Assembly: GCF_000015145.1 (NCBI RefSeq)
Contig: NC_008818.1
Coordinates: forward strand, 480,001-512,000
DNA: 32,000 bases
Reading direction: 5' to 3'
DNA from: Hyperthermus butylicus DSM 5456
GTDB lineage: Archaea > Thermoproteota > Thermoprotei_A > Sulfolobales > Pyrodictiaceae
Part shown: positions 9,465 to 17,456 of the stretch, one piece after another
Layout of the letters: each line of letters opens with the position of its first letter
How positions within the stretch are numbered: the stretch's first letter is position 1
The notes under the pieces: generated by a model
The model's database searches: none
What the model saw: only the letters and a program-made list of their open reading frames with translations
What the model was told of the DNA's origin: nothing
Made by a program: the position numbers and the translations under genes

Positions 9465-10450
9465 TCCGAGCCTCTATAGGCACCCTTGCAGCTCTAGGTC
9501 TTGCAGGGATACGAGTAGCTGCAAAACCTACAACCGCCTACTTACTCCAGTATAGTCCCTACGGCTGCCTCGCCGGGTGCAAGTTCTGTACACAGTCTCT
9601 ACGCTCGCCAGCAAGTAAGGATATGCTTTCAAGAGTAAAATGGCCAGTAGTTAGGCTCACTGAGCTACTGGCAGCATGGCGGAAGGCAGGTAGGCCATTT
9701 ACGAGAATCTGTATTCAGACCGTTGTAAAGCCATGGTTTGGTTGCGAAGCTGCAAGAATTCTCGAGGCCATACGAACCATAGACCAAGAGACCCCTGCCT
9801 CTATAGCCTCAACACCTGTATCTACAAGGCTCCTATTGTACTGGAAGAGTCTAGGTGTGGACTATCTCGGCGTAGGCCTTGATGCTGTTACTCCAACGGT
9901 ATTTAGGCGTGCTGGCAAACCATTCACATGGACAAGCTACATGGACTTTATTGAGAGAGGTATAGCTGTCTACGGTCGCGGTCACGTATATGTACACTTG
10001 ATAGTTGGGCTCGGCGAAAAGCCTACAGAGATTATAAGGCTCATGGAGAAGCTCTACGCCATGGGTGCTCGTGTAGCGCTATTCAACTACACGGCTGTAA
10101 CAAGCTGGAAGACAAGCAGCGTAAGAATCGAGGACTACCGGCTGCTCCAGCTAGCCCGTGAAATCCTTGAAGAAGGCCTAGATCCCTGGGACTACATCGA
10201 GGAGAGGAATGGCAGCCTCGTGCTCCGCGAGTGCCCCCCAGTAAACCTTGTAAAAGCTGTATTGACGAGCGGTTGTCCAGGCTGCAATAGACCATTCTAC
10301 AACGAGAGTCCCCGCGGCCCGATCTACAACTATCCAAGCCCAGCGCTAGCTGTAAGGGATAGGGAGGCACTGAAGCACCAACTGCTAGGCAGAGCTAGAG
10401 GGCTGGAGAGGTGTATCGAAGGGTGGGTATCGCAGTCTTCAGGCTCATAG
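9449..10450 (+). CDS. Radical SAM protein, possibly one subunit of a two-component lipoyl synthase
   Basis: ORF 9425-10450; GTG 9449 is a plausible start. Cx3Cx2C in [25 protein letters not shown]; overlaps ribK. Confidence 0.75.
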
Positions 10451-11325
10451 CAAGGTTCTCAGAGGTAAGCCTCACCGGGCCCCACTGTGCCCTCAACTGC
10501 CACCACTGTAGAGGCAAGTACTTGAGGCACATGCTTAAACCGCTACCCGGCTCCAATGGGCTCTACAGGCTGTTAGAGCAGCTCCGCCAGAAGGGTGTTA
10601 GGGGAGTACTCCTTAGCGGTGGGCTAACGAGGGAAGGCCTGCTACCTATAACCGAGAATGTTGTCGAGCAGATTTGGGTGGCGAAACGCAGACTCGGCAT
10701 GGTCTTTAACCTTCACCCGGGCTTTGAGAGAAGACTAGATCTCCTAGAACAGCTTGTAGGTGCTGTAGACACGCTTGACTACGAGTTCAGTCTCAGCAGG
10801 GAGATTGTTAAGGGTGTTAGGAGGCTCCCCATAAAGCCTCGCGACACGGCAAAAATACTTGAAACACTACTAGAGATAGGTTTTGATGTTGTACCTCATA
10901 TATTCCTATGGCATCCCTGGGGGAGCTCACAGCTTCTCCGGGAGGAACTCCGTGTTGCGGACGAACTGGGTGCTAGGATGGTAACCCTACTAGTTTACAT
11001 ACCACCTCCTGGCGATCCAAAGCCGGACCCTGCGCGGCTTGTAGAGTTGCTAAGGCTTGCTAGAAGCTGGTGGCCTAGAGAGCTAAGCCTCGGCTGCATG
11101 AGGCCCTATGATGTGAAGAGGGTGTTGGATAGAGCTGCTATCGAGGAGGGCCTCGTTGACCGTATAGCTAATCCACACCAGGAGGTGTTACGTAGCTACC
11201 TCGACAGCGTTAGAGCCTACGATGCTTGCTGCAGCCTTCCCGAGCATGTGCTTGGGGAATTCCGTATTGAACCTAGCCAGCTCCTAGCCCCTCCACGGAG
11301 TCTAGTACGAATAACACTGGTATAG
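10411..11325 (+). CDS. Radical SAM protein, possible partner subunit of the upstream radical SAM protein
   Basis: 304 aa; TGPHCALNCHHCRGKYLRHM (Cx3Cx2C), GVLLSGGLTREG, NLHPGFE; overlaps the upstream radical-SAM gene by 40 nt, implying a translationally coupled pair. Confidence 0.75.
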   Translation: MYRRVGIAVFRLIARFSEVSLTGPHCALNCHHCRGKYLRHMLKPLPGSNGLYRLLEQLRQKGVRGVLLSGGLTREGLLPITENVVEQIWVAKRRLGMVFNLHPGFERRLDLLEQLVGAVDTLDYEFSLSREIVKGVRRLPIKPRDTAKILETLLEIGFDVVPHIFLWHPWGSSQLLREELRVADELGARMVTLLVYIPPPGDPKPDPARLVELLRLARSWWPRELSLGCMRPYDVKRVLDRAAIEEGLVDRIANPHQEVLRSYLDSVRAYDACCSLPEHVLGEFRIEPSQLLAPPRSLVRITLV

Positions 11326-12067
11326 CCAGTAATACGAGCCCCTCGCTACTAGTAAGTTCGGAGAGAATCCCGGCTTCATCCAGCAGTTTAAGGTAGTCTA
11401 TGTATGCTATGACCGGCTCGCTACCCTTACCACTTATCCTCCAATACCTCTTAGTATCAGCTCGTATAGCTTCGAGTCTCTCAGCAGACAATCTCTCTAT
11501 ATCATGTGTAGAGCCTATGTAGTCCGCAGCCTTGGATGTTATAGGTACGAGGAAGTCAAGTACACTATATCCAGCTATTCTCATATGTAGCTTTGCATCC
11601 TTCTGAGAAAGCTTGGGGCCATAAACAGTCTCAACAACTATGCCTACGCTCTTGGTCTCTTCATAAACCGTTCTCGAAGCCAGTATGGGTGAGGCATAAT
11701 AGAGCGACAATAGTATGGAATCGGCTACTTCGACGCTGAGGCCAGCCCCTACAAGCACGTCACGAACCCTTGCAGCGGCTTCCTCAGCAGCCTTACTTGG
11801 GTAATCCAGCAAGTGAAACGGGTTACCCTCAAGCCACTTGTCGATAATGCCTTCTAACCTGCTAGCAAGATATCTCGAAACACCTACATCCCTGTAGCGG
11901 AACCTCCTGGCAAGCCACTGTACATAGTGTTCAGCATCGTCTGACTGTGAGACGGCAAACACTCCCCTGAGATTCTTAACAAGAAATATGTAGCGTGCAA
12001 GCCTGGACACCATGCATTCAGCCCCGCTAATATCCAGGCCATTCGTGTGAAAGCCCGGGTTTAACAA
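11273..12067 (-). CDS. Hypothetical protein (helical, up to 264 aa)
   Basis: Long ORF convergent with and overlapping the 3' end of the radical-SAM gene by about 53 nt. No family recognised; start uncertain. Confidence 0.6.
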   Translation of the reverse strand: MLNPGFHTNGLDISGAECMVSRLARYIFLVKNLRGVFAVSQSDDAEHYVQWLARRFRYRDVGVSRYLASRLEGIIDKWLEGNPFHLLDYPSKAAEEAAARVRDVLVGAGLSVEVADSILLSLYYASPILASRTVYEETKSVGIVVETVYGPKLSQKDAKLHMRIAGYSVLDFLVPITSKAADYIGSTHDIERLSAERLEAIRADTKRYWRISGKGSEPVIAYIDYLKLLDEAGILSELTSSEGLVLLAIPVLFVLDSVEGLGAG

Positions 12068-12255
12068 AGTCCAACCTCAACAATTCACGCCCCGATGTTA
12101 CGTTGTGCAGACCCAACGTGATCCACATGATATCAATGCTGGGTTTTTGATGTGGGCCAAAACTGGCTCTAGGTATAAAGCATGGAGAAAGTGGTGCTAG
12201 CCTCGGGTAGACGCCTAGGGGTTAGGCATTGGTGCGTGTACCACTCTGGATAGAG

Positions 12256-12951
12256 ATGAACGGTCTTAGAGTGCTAGTTGTCGGCGGTGGTGGCGTCGGC
12301 TCGAGAAGGGCAGCATGGTTTTTAAAGGCTGGCGCAGAGGTTCGCGTTCTAAGTCTTGAATTTCGCGATGAACTTGTAGCAGAAGCAGCGAGAAATCCAA
12401 AGCTTAGCCTTATAAAGCTTGACGCATCTGATGAGAAGCAAGTTGAGGAACATGTTAAGTGGGCAGACATAGTTGTAATTGCAACTGATAACCCAGTGGT
12501 AAATGAGATTGCCTGGCGGCTAGCTAGGAGGCACAGGAAGCTAGTGAATGATGCTACAAACGCTGATAGGACAATGATTGTTGTGCCTTACATAGGCGAG
12601 GTCTATAATGGTGGTCTAAAGATAGCTGTAACGAGTGAGGGTTTGACAGGAGTTGCGGCTCGGCATGCACGCGACAAGATAATTGAATGTTTAGAGTCTG
12701 ATACCGAGCTGAGAACACTCTTTGAGGTTATGTGGAGGGTTAAGAAGGTCCTTAAGAGTCTTGTAGCTGAAGCCAAGAAACGTATACCAGTCTACTTTGA
12801 AGTTGAGGACGAGTTGATGAGGCATAGAGACGTCTTGAAACGTGGTGATTTAGAGGCAGCCGCCTCAATCGCAGCGGAGGTGCTTGCAAAAGTAGCTGGT
12901 AGAAGTGTTGGTGAGATACGTGAGGCATTGCTGTCACTACGCCAGCGATAA
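12256..12951 (+). CDS. Precorrin-2 dehydrogenase / siroheme synthase N-domain
   Basis: ORF 12229-12951; internal ATG at 12256 gives MNGLRVLVVGGGGVGSRRAAWFLKAGAEVRVLS...ADIVVIATDNPVVNEIAWRLARRHRKLVNDATNADRTMIVVP. Confidence 0.8.
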   Translation: MNGLRVLVVGGGGVGSRRAAWFLKAGAEVRVLSLEFRDELVAEAARNPKLSLIKLDASDEKQVEEHVKWADIVVIATDNPVVNEIAWRLARRHRKLVNDATNADRTMIVVPYIGEVYNGGLKIAVTSEGLTGVAARHARDKIIECLESDTELRTLFEVMWRVKKVLKSLVAEAKKRIPVYFEVEDELMRHRDVLKRGDLEAAASIAAEVLAKVAGRSVGEIREALLSLRQR

Positions 12952-12987
12952 GGCAGGATAAATAAACCGCAAGTTGTGAATGCTAGA

Positions 12988-13110
12988 AACATGGCACCCG
13001 GGGAGCCTGCTCCGGGCCAGCTTGAGGGCCCCGCGTCACGGGGCTCGATGGGCCCGGAGTCTCCCGCCCCATCGCTCCACCATTGTCAGCTTCTACAACT
13101 CGTTGTAGCC
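12988..13110 (+). ncRNA. Candidate structured RNA (K-turn-like, H/ACA-like geometry) or 5' leader of the downstream methyltransferase gene
   Basis: TATA-like ATAAATAA about 12959; 9-bp stem CTCCGGGCC/GGCCCGGAG capped by a GA-containing internal loop and CCCCG-CGTCA-CGGGG; flanking GGGG/CCCC; then perfect hairpin CTACAA-CTCG-TTGTAG (13093-13108). Confidence 0.4.
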
Positions 13111-13143
13111 AGCAGATACCCACATAATAGGGGGTGCATCTAC

Positions 13144-13173
13144 TAGCCATCTAACCTATACGTTAGGGGGCTA
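13144..13173 (+). promoter_or_regulatory. Hairpin abutting the start codon of the NSUN-family gene
   Basis: TAGCC-AT-CTAAC-CTATAC-GTTAG-GG-GGCTA, 10 paired positions, ending 6 nt before ATG 13180. Confidence 0.4.
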
Positions 13174-13179
13174 AGGGAA

Positions 13180-14598
13180 ATGGCTGCCAGCGCAGAGGAA
13201 CTCGCAAAGATGGTGTGGGAACACATAGAAGCTGAGCGCAGCAATAAGCCTAAGCTCTCAGTGCCAGCTAAGGGGCTCAGAATACTTGTTGAAGCTGTTA
13301 AGCTCGCAGAGGAGTTTAAACCTAGTCAGCACGCCAAAAGAGTAGTATTTCACAAGCATGGTGTGCTTGGAACGGGCTTAGATAGGCTTCTAACATCAAT
13401 ATTCTATGATACGATGAAACGTATGGGTCTGCTTGACCGTGTCGCAGCAGAACTAGCCAACGTGCCTACGGTACTCATACTTGATCCTTGGCTGCGTGCA
13501 GCTCTCCGTTTAGCAGTAGACATAGTGTTATTCCACCGGCCCGACAAGAACACGTTGCACAGGCTACGCTGGATTGTGGCAGACTTTATCTCAGCCAAGA
13601 CACATCCTTACGTAGGAATGTTCTACTGGCAGACATTCGACAAACTCCTCGAATATCGCCCAAAGCCTAAAACTGTCGAAGAGGCACTTGAATGGAAATA
13701 CCTACTACCAGCCTGGCTCATCCGGAGGATGCGCAGCCTCCTAGGCGAGGAGGAGTCCGAGAAATTATTCGAAGCGCTCAACAAGAGGCCGCTGATAAGC
13801 ATCCGCGTAAACACGCTGAAGACCACTGTTGAGGAGGTCGTAGAGGAATTAAAGAGAGAAGGTAAAAACCCAATCGTCAGCACGAGGGTGCCGGTTATAG
13901 TAAAGTTTGAGGGTCCATACGACTTTGACCGGAGCCGACTCTATCGTGAAGGCAAGTTTGTTATACAAGAGGAGGCTAGTGCCGCAGCATCGATTATACT
14001 TGATCCAAAGCCTGGCATGACCGTGGTGGATTTAGCTGCAGCACCGGGTGGCAAGACGAGCCATATAGCTGAGCTAATGAAGAACCATGGTAGAATATAT
14101 GCATTCGACATTGACCGGGTCAGAATAAAACGTATGAGGATGATCCTGCGCAGAATGGGAATAACCATAGTACGCATCTTTGAGAAAGATGCAAGGGAGG
14201 CGCCAAGAATTCTAGGAGAAGAGATAGCCGACCGGGTACTTCTTGATGCCCCATGTACAAGCACTGGTACTATAGCGAAGAATCCCGAGCTTAGATGGAG
14301 AGTTAGGGAGGAGGGTCTCGAAGAGATAGTTAAGCTGCAAAGGGAGATGTTGGAAGCAGCAGCGAAGCTAGTAAAGCCCGGCGGAAGACTACTCTATACA
14401 ACATGCAGTCTTCTACCCGAGGAGAACGAGGATAACATAAAGTGGTTCCTCAAGAGACACTCTGAGTTCAAACTAGTACCGCTCAATGGGCCATATGATC
14501 CTTCGCCACTTCTCCATGGCACTATGAGGGCTTGGCCACATCGTCACGATACAATAGGATTCTTCTATGCATTGTTAGAGAAGAAGGAGAGGAGATGA
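13180..14598 (+). CDS. NOL1/NOP2/NSUN (RsmB-like) RNA m5C methyltransferase with NusB-like N-terminal domain
   Basis: 472 aa; PGMTVVDLAAAPGGKTSHIAELM, DAREAPRILGEEIADRVLLDAPCTSTGTIAKNPELRW, LLYTTCSLLPEENEDNI. Confidence 0.9.
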   Translation: MAASAEELAKMVWEHIEAERSNKPKLSVPAKGLRILVEAVKLAEEFKPSQHAKRVVFHKHGVLGTGLDRLLTSIFYDTMKRMGLLDRVAAELANVPTVLILDPWLRAALRLAVDIVLFHRPDKNTLHRLRWIVADFISAKTHPYVGMFYWQTFDKLLEYRPKPKTVEEALEWKYLLPAWLIRRMRSLLGEEESEKLFEALNKRPLISIRVNTLKTTVEEVVEELKREGKNPIVSTRVPVIVKFEGPYDFDRSRLYREGKFVIQEEASAAASIILDPKPGMTVVDLAAAPGGKTSHIAELMKNHGRIYAFDIDRVRIKRMRMILRRMGITIVRIFEKDAREAPRILGEEIADRVLLDAPCTSTGTIAKNPELRWRVREEGLEEIVKLQREMLEAAAKLVKPGGRLLYTTCSLLPEENEDNIKWFLKRHSEFKLVPLNGPYDPSPLLHGTMRAWPHRHDTIGFFYALLEKKERR

Positions 14599-14601
14599 TA
14601 T

Positions 14602-14665
14602 TCAGCCGAGGCCCCGTTTACTCCTCACGATCCTATAGGGCCTCGGCCAACTCGGCACTCATCAC
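14602..14665 (-). ncRNA. Weak candidate box C/D sRNA
   Basis: Reverse strand: GTGATGA (C), 12 nt, CCGA (D'-like), 14 nt, GTGAGGA (C'-like), 16 nt, CTGA (D). The same span also carries a perfect 10-bp inverted repeat (14605-14614/14638-14647). Confidence 0.3.
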
Positions 14666-14755
14666 CCAAACCGATTATTATCCCATACCTGGGTTTAAGC
14701 ACTAGCCAGGCTTTATTGTGTAGTTCGCTTAAACACCGGGGTATGGGATAGTGTT

Positions 14756-15436
14756 TTGCAGGGGTTTGTGGCAGCTATAGTCTCTAGGGGCTGGCTAGAT
14801 CCCCTCCTCGATATTGCACGGGAATTTTATAGCAAGCCTGTAGACTACATTGTGTATGCTCAGCGTGGTAGAGAGTGGTGGTTTACGGTTAGCTCGTCTA
14901 CCCTTTTGCGGCCAGAGCATGTTACTGTTTTGGCTTCTACAAGTCTTGGCGCGTTTGTAGCATCGTCTTGTTGGGCCTCGGGGATAGTCAGTATATACTT
15001 CAAGAATGGGTTGCCGGGCCTTGTGCATGTATGTAGCCTCTACAAGCTCTCGCGCGAAGCTCTACTAACAGCTAATCCTCCAGAGCCGTCGAGGAGAATA
15101 CCGGCCGGTATACTGATGGGGCTTATTGCTAGGCTTGTAGGTGATGGTGCTAGCTTGGAGCGTATAGCTGCGATAATAGCTGAGCGGCTTGGTGGCGGTG
15201 CTAGCCTGGTAGCAGCACTAGTCTATACTGCACGTGATCGAGTGGCACCGGTCATAGTTGCGTCATCAGCTGGCTCCAAGCGGATATGCGTATCCTATAA
15301 TGGTGGTAGTGCTGTGATAAGCCTAGGCCGGGATGGTCCTGGAACATGTCTAGCAGATACTGTGGTGACATTGAAGCCCATAAGTGGTGTTGCGAGAGTC
15401 GAAGCAAGGAGTATTGAGGAGGTGCTATATCGCTAA
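14756..15436 (+). CDS. Hypothetical protein (226 aa)
   Basis: Long ORF in the strand context of its neighbours; no family recognised. Probable TTG start. Confidence 0.6.
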   Translation: MQGFVAAIVSRGWLDPLLDIAREFYSKPVDYIVYAQRGREWWFTVSSSTLLRPEHVTVLASTSLGAFVASSCWASGIVSIYFKNGLPGLVHVCSLYKLSREALLTANPPEPSRRIPAGILMGLIARLVGDGASLERIAAIIAERLGGGASLVAALVYTARDRVAPVIVASSAGSKRICVSYNGGSAVISLGRDGPGTCLADTVVTLKPISGVARVEARSIEEVLYR

Positions 15437-15508
15437 CAGACTCGGTGTTACTGCCTCCGCTCTGTCTAATGCGTATCCAGCCGCCAACATATACGACGGG
15501 GTTTAGCC

Positions 15509-15832
15509 GTGGATGCACGCAGTAGACTCATATCAATTCTCAAGGTGATAGTTTCACGCGATGTCGTATCTCCTGGCGACGTGGTTGTCGAGACAAAGCT
15601 CCCTAGATACCTCGTTCTAGCAGCCTTTCAGTGTCTAGAAGCTCTAGGCATAGTTGAACCAGTGTTCACCAAGGGGAGCTATAAGCTCTACACGGCCCGC
15701 AGCCATGCCAAGAAGCTCCTAGAAGCACTCCTAGCAGGAGCTGAGGACCCCATACTCGCCTTGGCGAATGATGCAAATACCGTACAGGTATCGGAGCCGT
15801 CTCCAGCAACGGTAGTTTCCGGGGGCAGTTAA
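15509..15832 (+). CDS. Small hypothetical protein, possibly winged-helix
   Basis: 107 aa; SPGDVVVETKLPRYLVLAAFQCLEALGIVEPVFTKGSYKLYTA resembles a winged-helix fold; stop codon overlaps the convergent TrkH-type gene in a GTTAAC palindrome. Confidence 0.55.
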   Translation: MDARSRLISILKVIVSRDVVSPGDVVVETKLPRYLVLAAFQCLEALGIVEPVFTKGSYKLYTARSHAKKLLEALLAGAEDPILALANDANTVQVSEPSPATVVSGGS

Positions 15833-17433
15833 CGCCTTAGCATTTTTGCTAGCGAGGCTAGGGCGAAGAGAAAGCCAGCCACCTCTAGCCTCCCCAGAGT
15901 CATTATAACTATGAGTACTAGTTTTACCGGGATAGAGGCAGCTGCGCTCGTTATTCCGACGCTGAGCCCTACGTTTGCGAGCGCGCTAGCAGTCTCAAAT
16001 GCAGCATCCACGAAACTCCTTGTTGGAAGTAGCGCGGACAGAGCCAGCGCGCCAGCAAACTCGGTTAGCGTTAGAAGTGCTGCTACAGATATCACGTTCT
16101 GTAGCTCGCTAATCGTTACCGGCCTGCCACCCACGCTCCTCGCTATGACCCTCCTACCACCGTAAATTACCTCGCTCACGCTCCAAAGTATAGACTTGAC
16201 TATGACCATAAGACGGTACTGTTTGAGGCCGCTGCTAGTTGAGAAGATGGAGCCACCTATCAGCATAATCGGTATGAGCAGTGCTTTGAAGTCCGGCGGA
16301 GCAGATGACAAGTCGTCTATACCGAAACCTGTGCCCGTAAGCGCGGATACTACGTGAAATATAGCGTCGCGTAAAAACCCCTTTGGACTCCAGCCAGCAG
16401 TATAGAGCATTACGGCAGCAGCCGTGCTTGCTAGAAATGCAACTGCTAGGAGCGACTGTATCTCCCCGCTAAACCTCCTGGGAATACCCTTCAGTATCGC
16501 ATACAAGTCGGCAAAGTTCATGGCTCCTGTGAGCATTATTACTACCGTTACGGACTCTATGAGCAGAGAGTCATAGAAGCCAATGCTAGTGGTATGAGTG
16601 CTAAAGCCGCCAGTTGCAATACCGGTCATTGAGTGGTATACAGCGTCAGAGGGCGTCATACCTGCGAGGTAGAGTCCTATAGCACCCATAATGGTGAGCA
16701 TGAGGTAGAGTTCCATTAGGGCGCGTAGGCTTCTCGCAATGCTCGGCTCAAGCCTCTCAAAACGTCCCTCGGCAAAACCTACTAGGTGTGCTGGTAGGCC
16801 GCCGAGCCGGACCATTGTGAAGAACATGACTACTATGCCGAATCCGCCAAACCATTCTGTTACCGCTCTCCACCATAGTATGCTTGCGGGGAGTTCTTCT
16901 ATGGAGGGTATGTAGACGCCGTAGTCAGGGTTAACCTGGCCAGTAAATATCGTTAGGCCCGTCGCGGTGAACCCGCTCACAGACTCAAACCACGCATCAA
17001 TAAATGGTATACCTAGCGACACGTAGACCGGTAGGGCGGATATAATCGGTGTTGTAACCCACGAGTAGGCAACGAGGACTATTGCCTCCTCCCGTGTTAT
17101 ACTCCTGGAGGGCTCCATGAAGTTTATCCATGCATAGCCCACAGCTATGAATATGGATCCCCAAGCGAGGAGCTGTAGGGAGTAGTTGTGGTCGCCCTCA
17201 AACAAGCCAAAGATGCCTGCAAGCACGTGGGATAGCCCGGCAACGATGAAGGGTAGGGACGTGTAGCGGAGCAGCGGGTTAACCCTCAGCGGAAGGTGTC
17301 TCTGACGCCTAGCAACAGCCTCAAGCCTTGCTGACGTCTCTTCCCTTCCTGCCACGTAGCAACCCCTAGCGAGAGCCCAGCACGGTACCCACACATAGCT
17401 ATCTCTACAATCTTTAACCCTCCCGTACATAAA
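15829..17433 (-). CDS. TrkH/KtrB-family potassium transporter
   Basis: ORF 15829-17559; start must lie downstream of the overlap with the S9 gene (ATG 17433 or later). Multiple TM helices, SVSGFTATGLTIF, YHSMTGIATGGFSTH, HVVSALTGTGFGI, FETASALANVGLSVG selectivity-loop repeats. Confidence 0.88.
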   Translation of the reverse strand, partial: FMYGRVKDCRDSYVWVPCWALARGCYVAGREETSARLEAVARRQRHLPLRVNPLLRYTSLPFIVAGLSHVLAGIFGLFEGDHNYSLQLLAWGSIFIAVGYAWINFMEPSRSITREEAIVLVAYSWVTTPIISALPVYVSLGIPFIDAWFESVSGFTATGLTIFTGQVNPDYGVYIPSIEELPASILWWRAVTEWFGGFGIVVMFFTMVRLGGLPAHLVGFAEGRFERLEPSIARSLRALMELYLMLTIMGAIGLYLAGMTPSDAVYHSMTGIATGGFSTHTTSIGFYDSLLIESVTVVIMLTGAMNFADLYAILKGIPRRFSGEIQSLLAVAFLASTAAAVMLYTAGWSPKGFLRDAIFHVVSALTGTGFGIDDLSSAPPDFKALLIPIMLIGGSIFSTSSGLKQYRLMVIVKSILWSVSEVIYGGRRVIARSVGGRPVTISELQNVISVAALLTLTEFAGALALSALLPTRSFVDAAFETASALANVGLSVGITSAAASIPVKLVLIVIMTLGRLEVAGFLFALASLAKMLRR

Positions 17434-17456
17434 CCTGGAAAGCGGACGAGCAGGCC

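Noticed and set aside
12101-12120. ACGTTG-TGCAGACC-CAACGT hairpin in the divergent gap before the precorrin-2 dehydrogenase gene
   Set aside because: Only 6 bp with an 8-nt loop; could be an operator but nothing further supports it.
12955-13179. RNase P RNA, SRP RNA or tRNA as identity for the structured region
   Set aside because: No SRP or RNase P conserved motifs were recognised, the length is short, and there is no T-arm or anticodon architecture.
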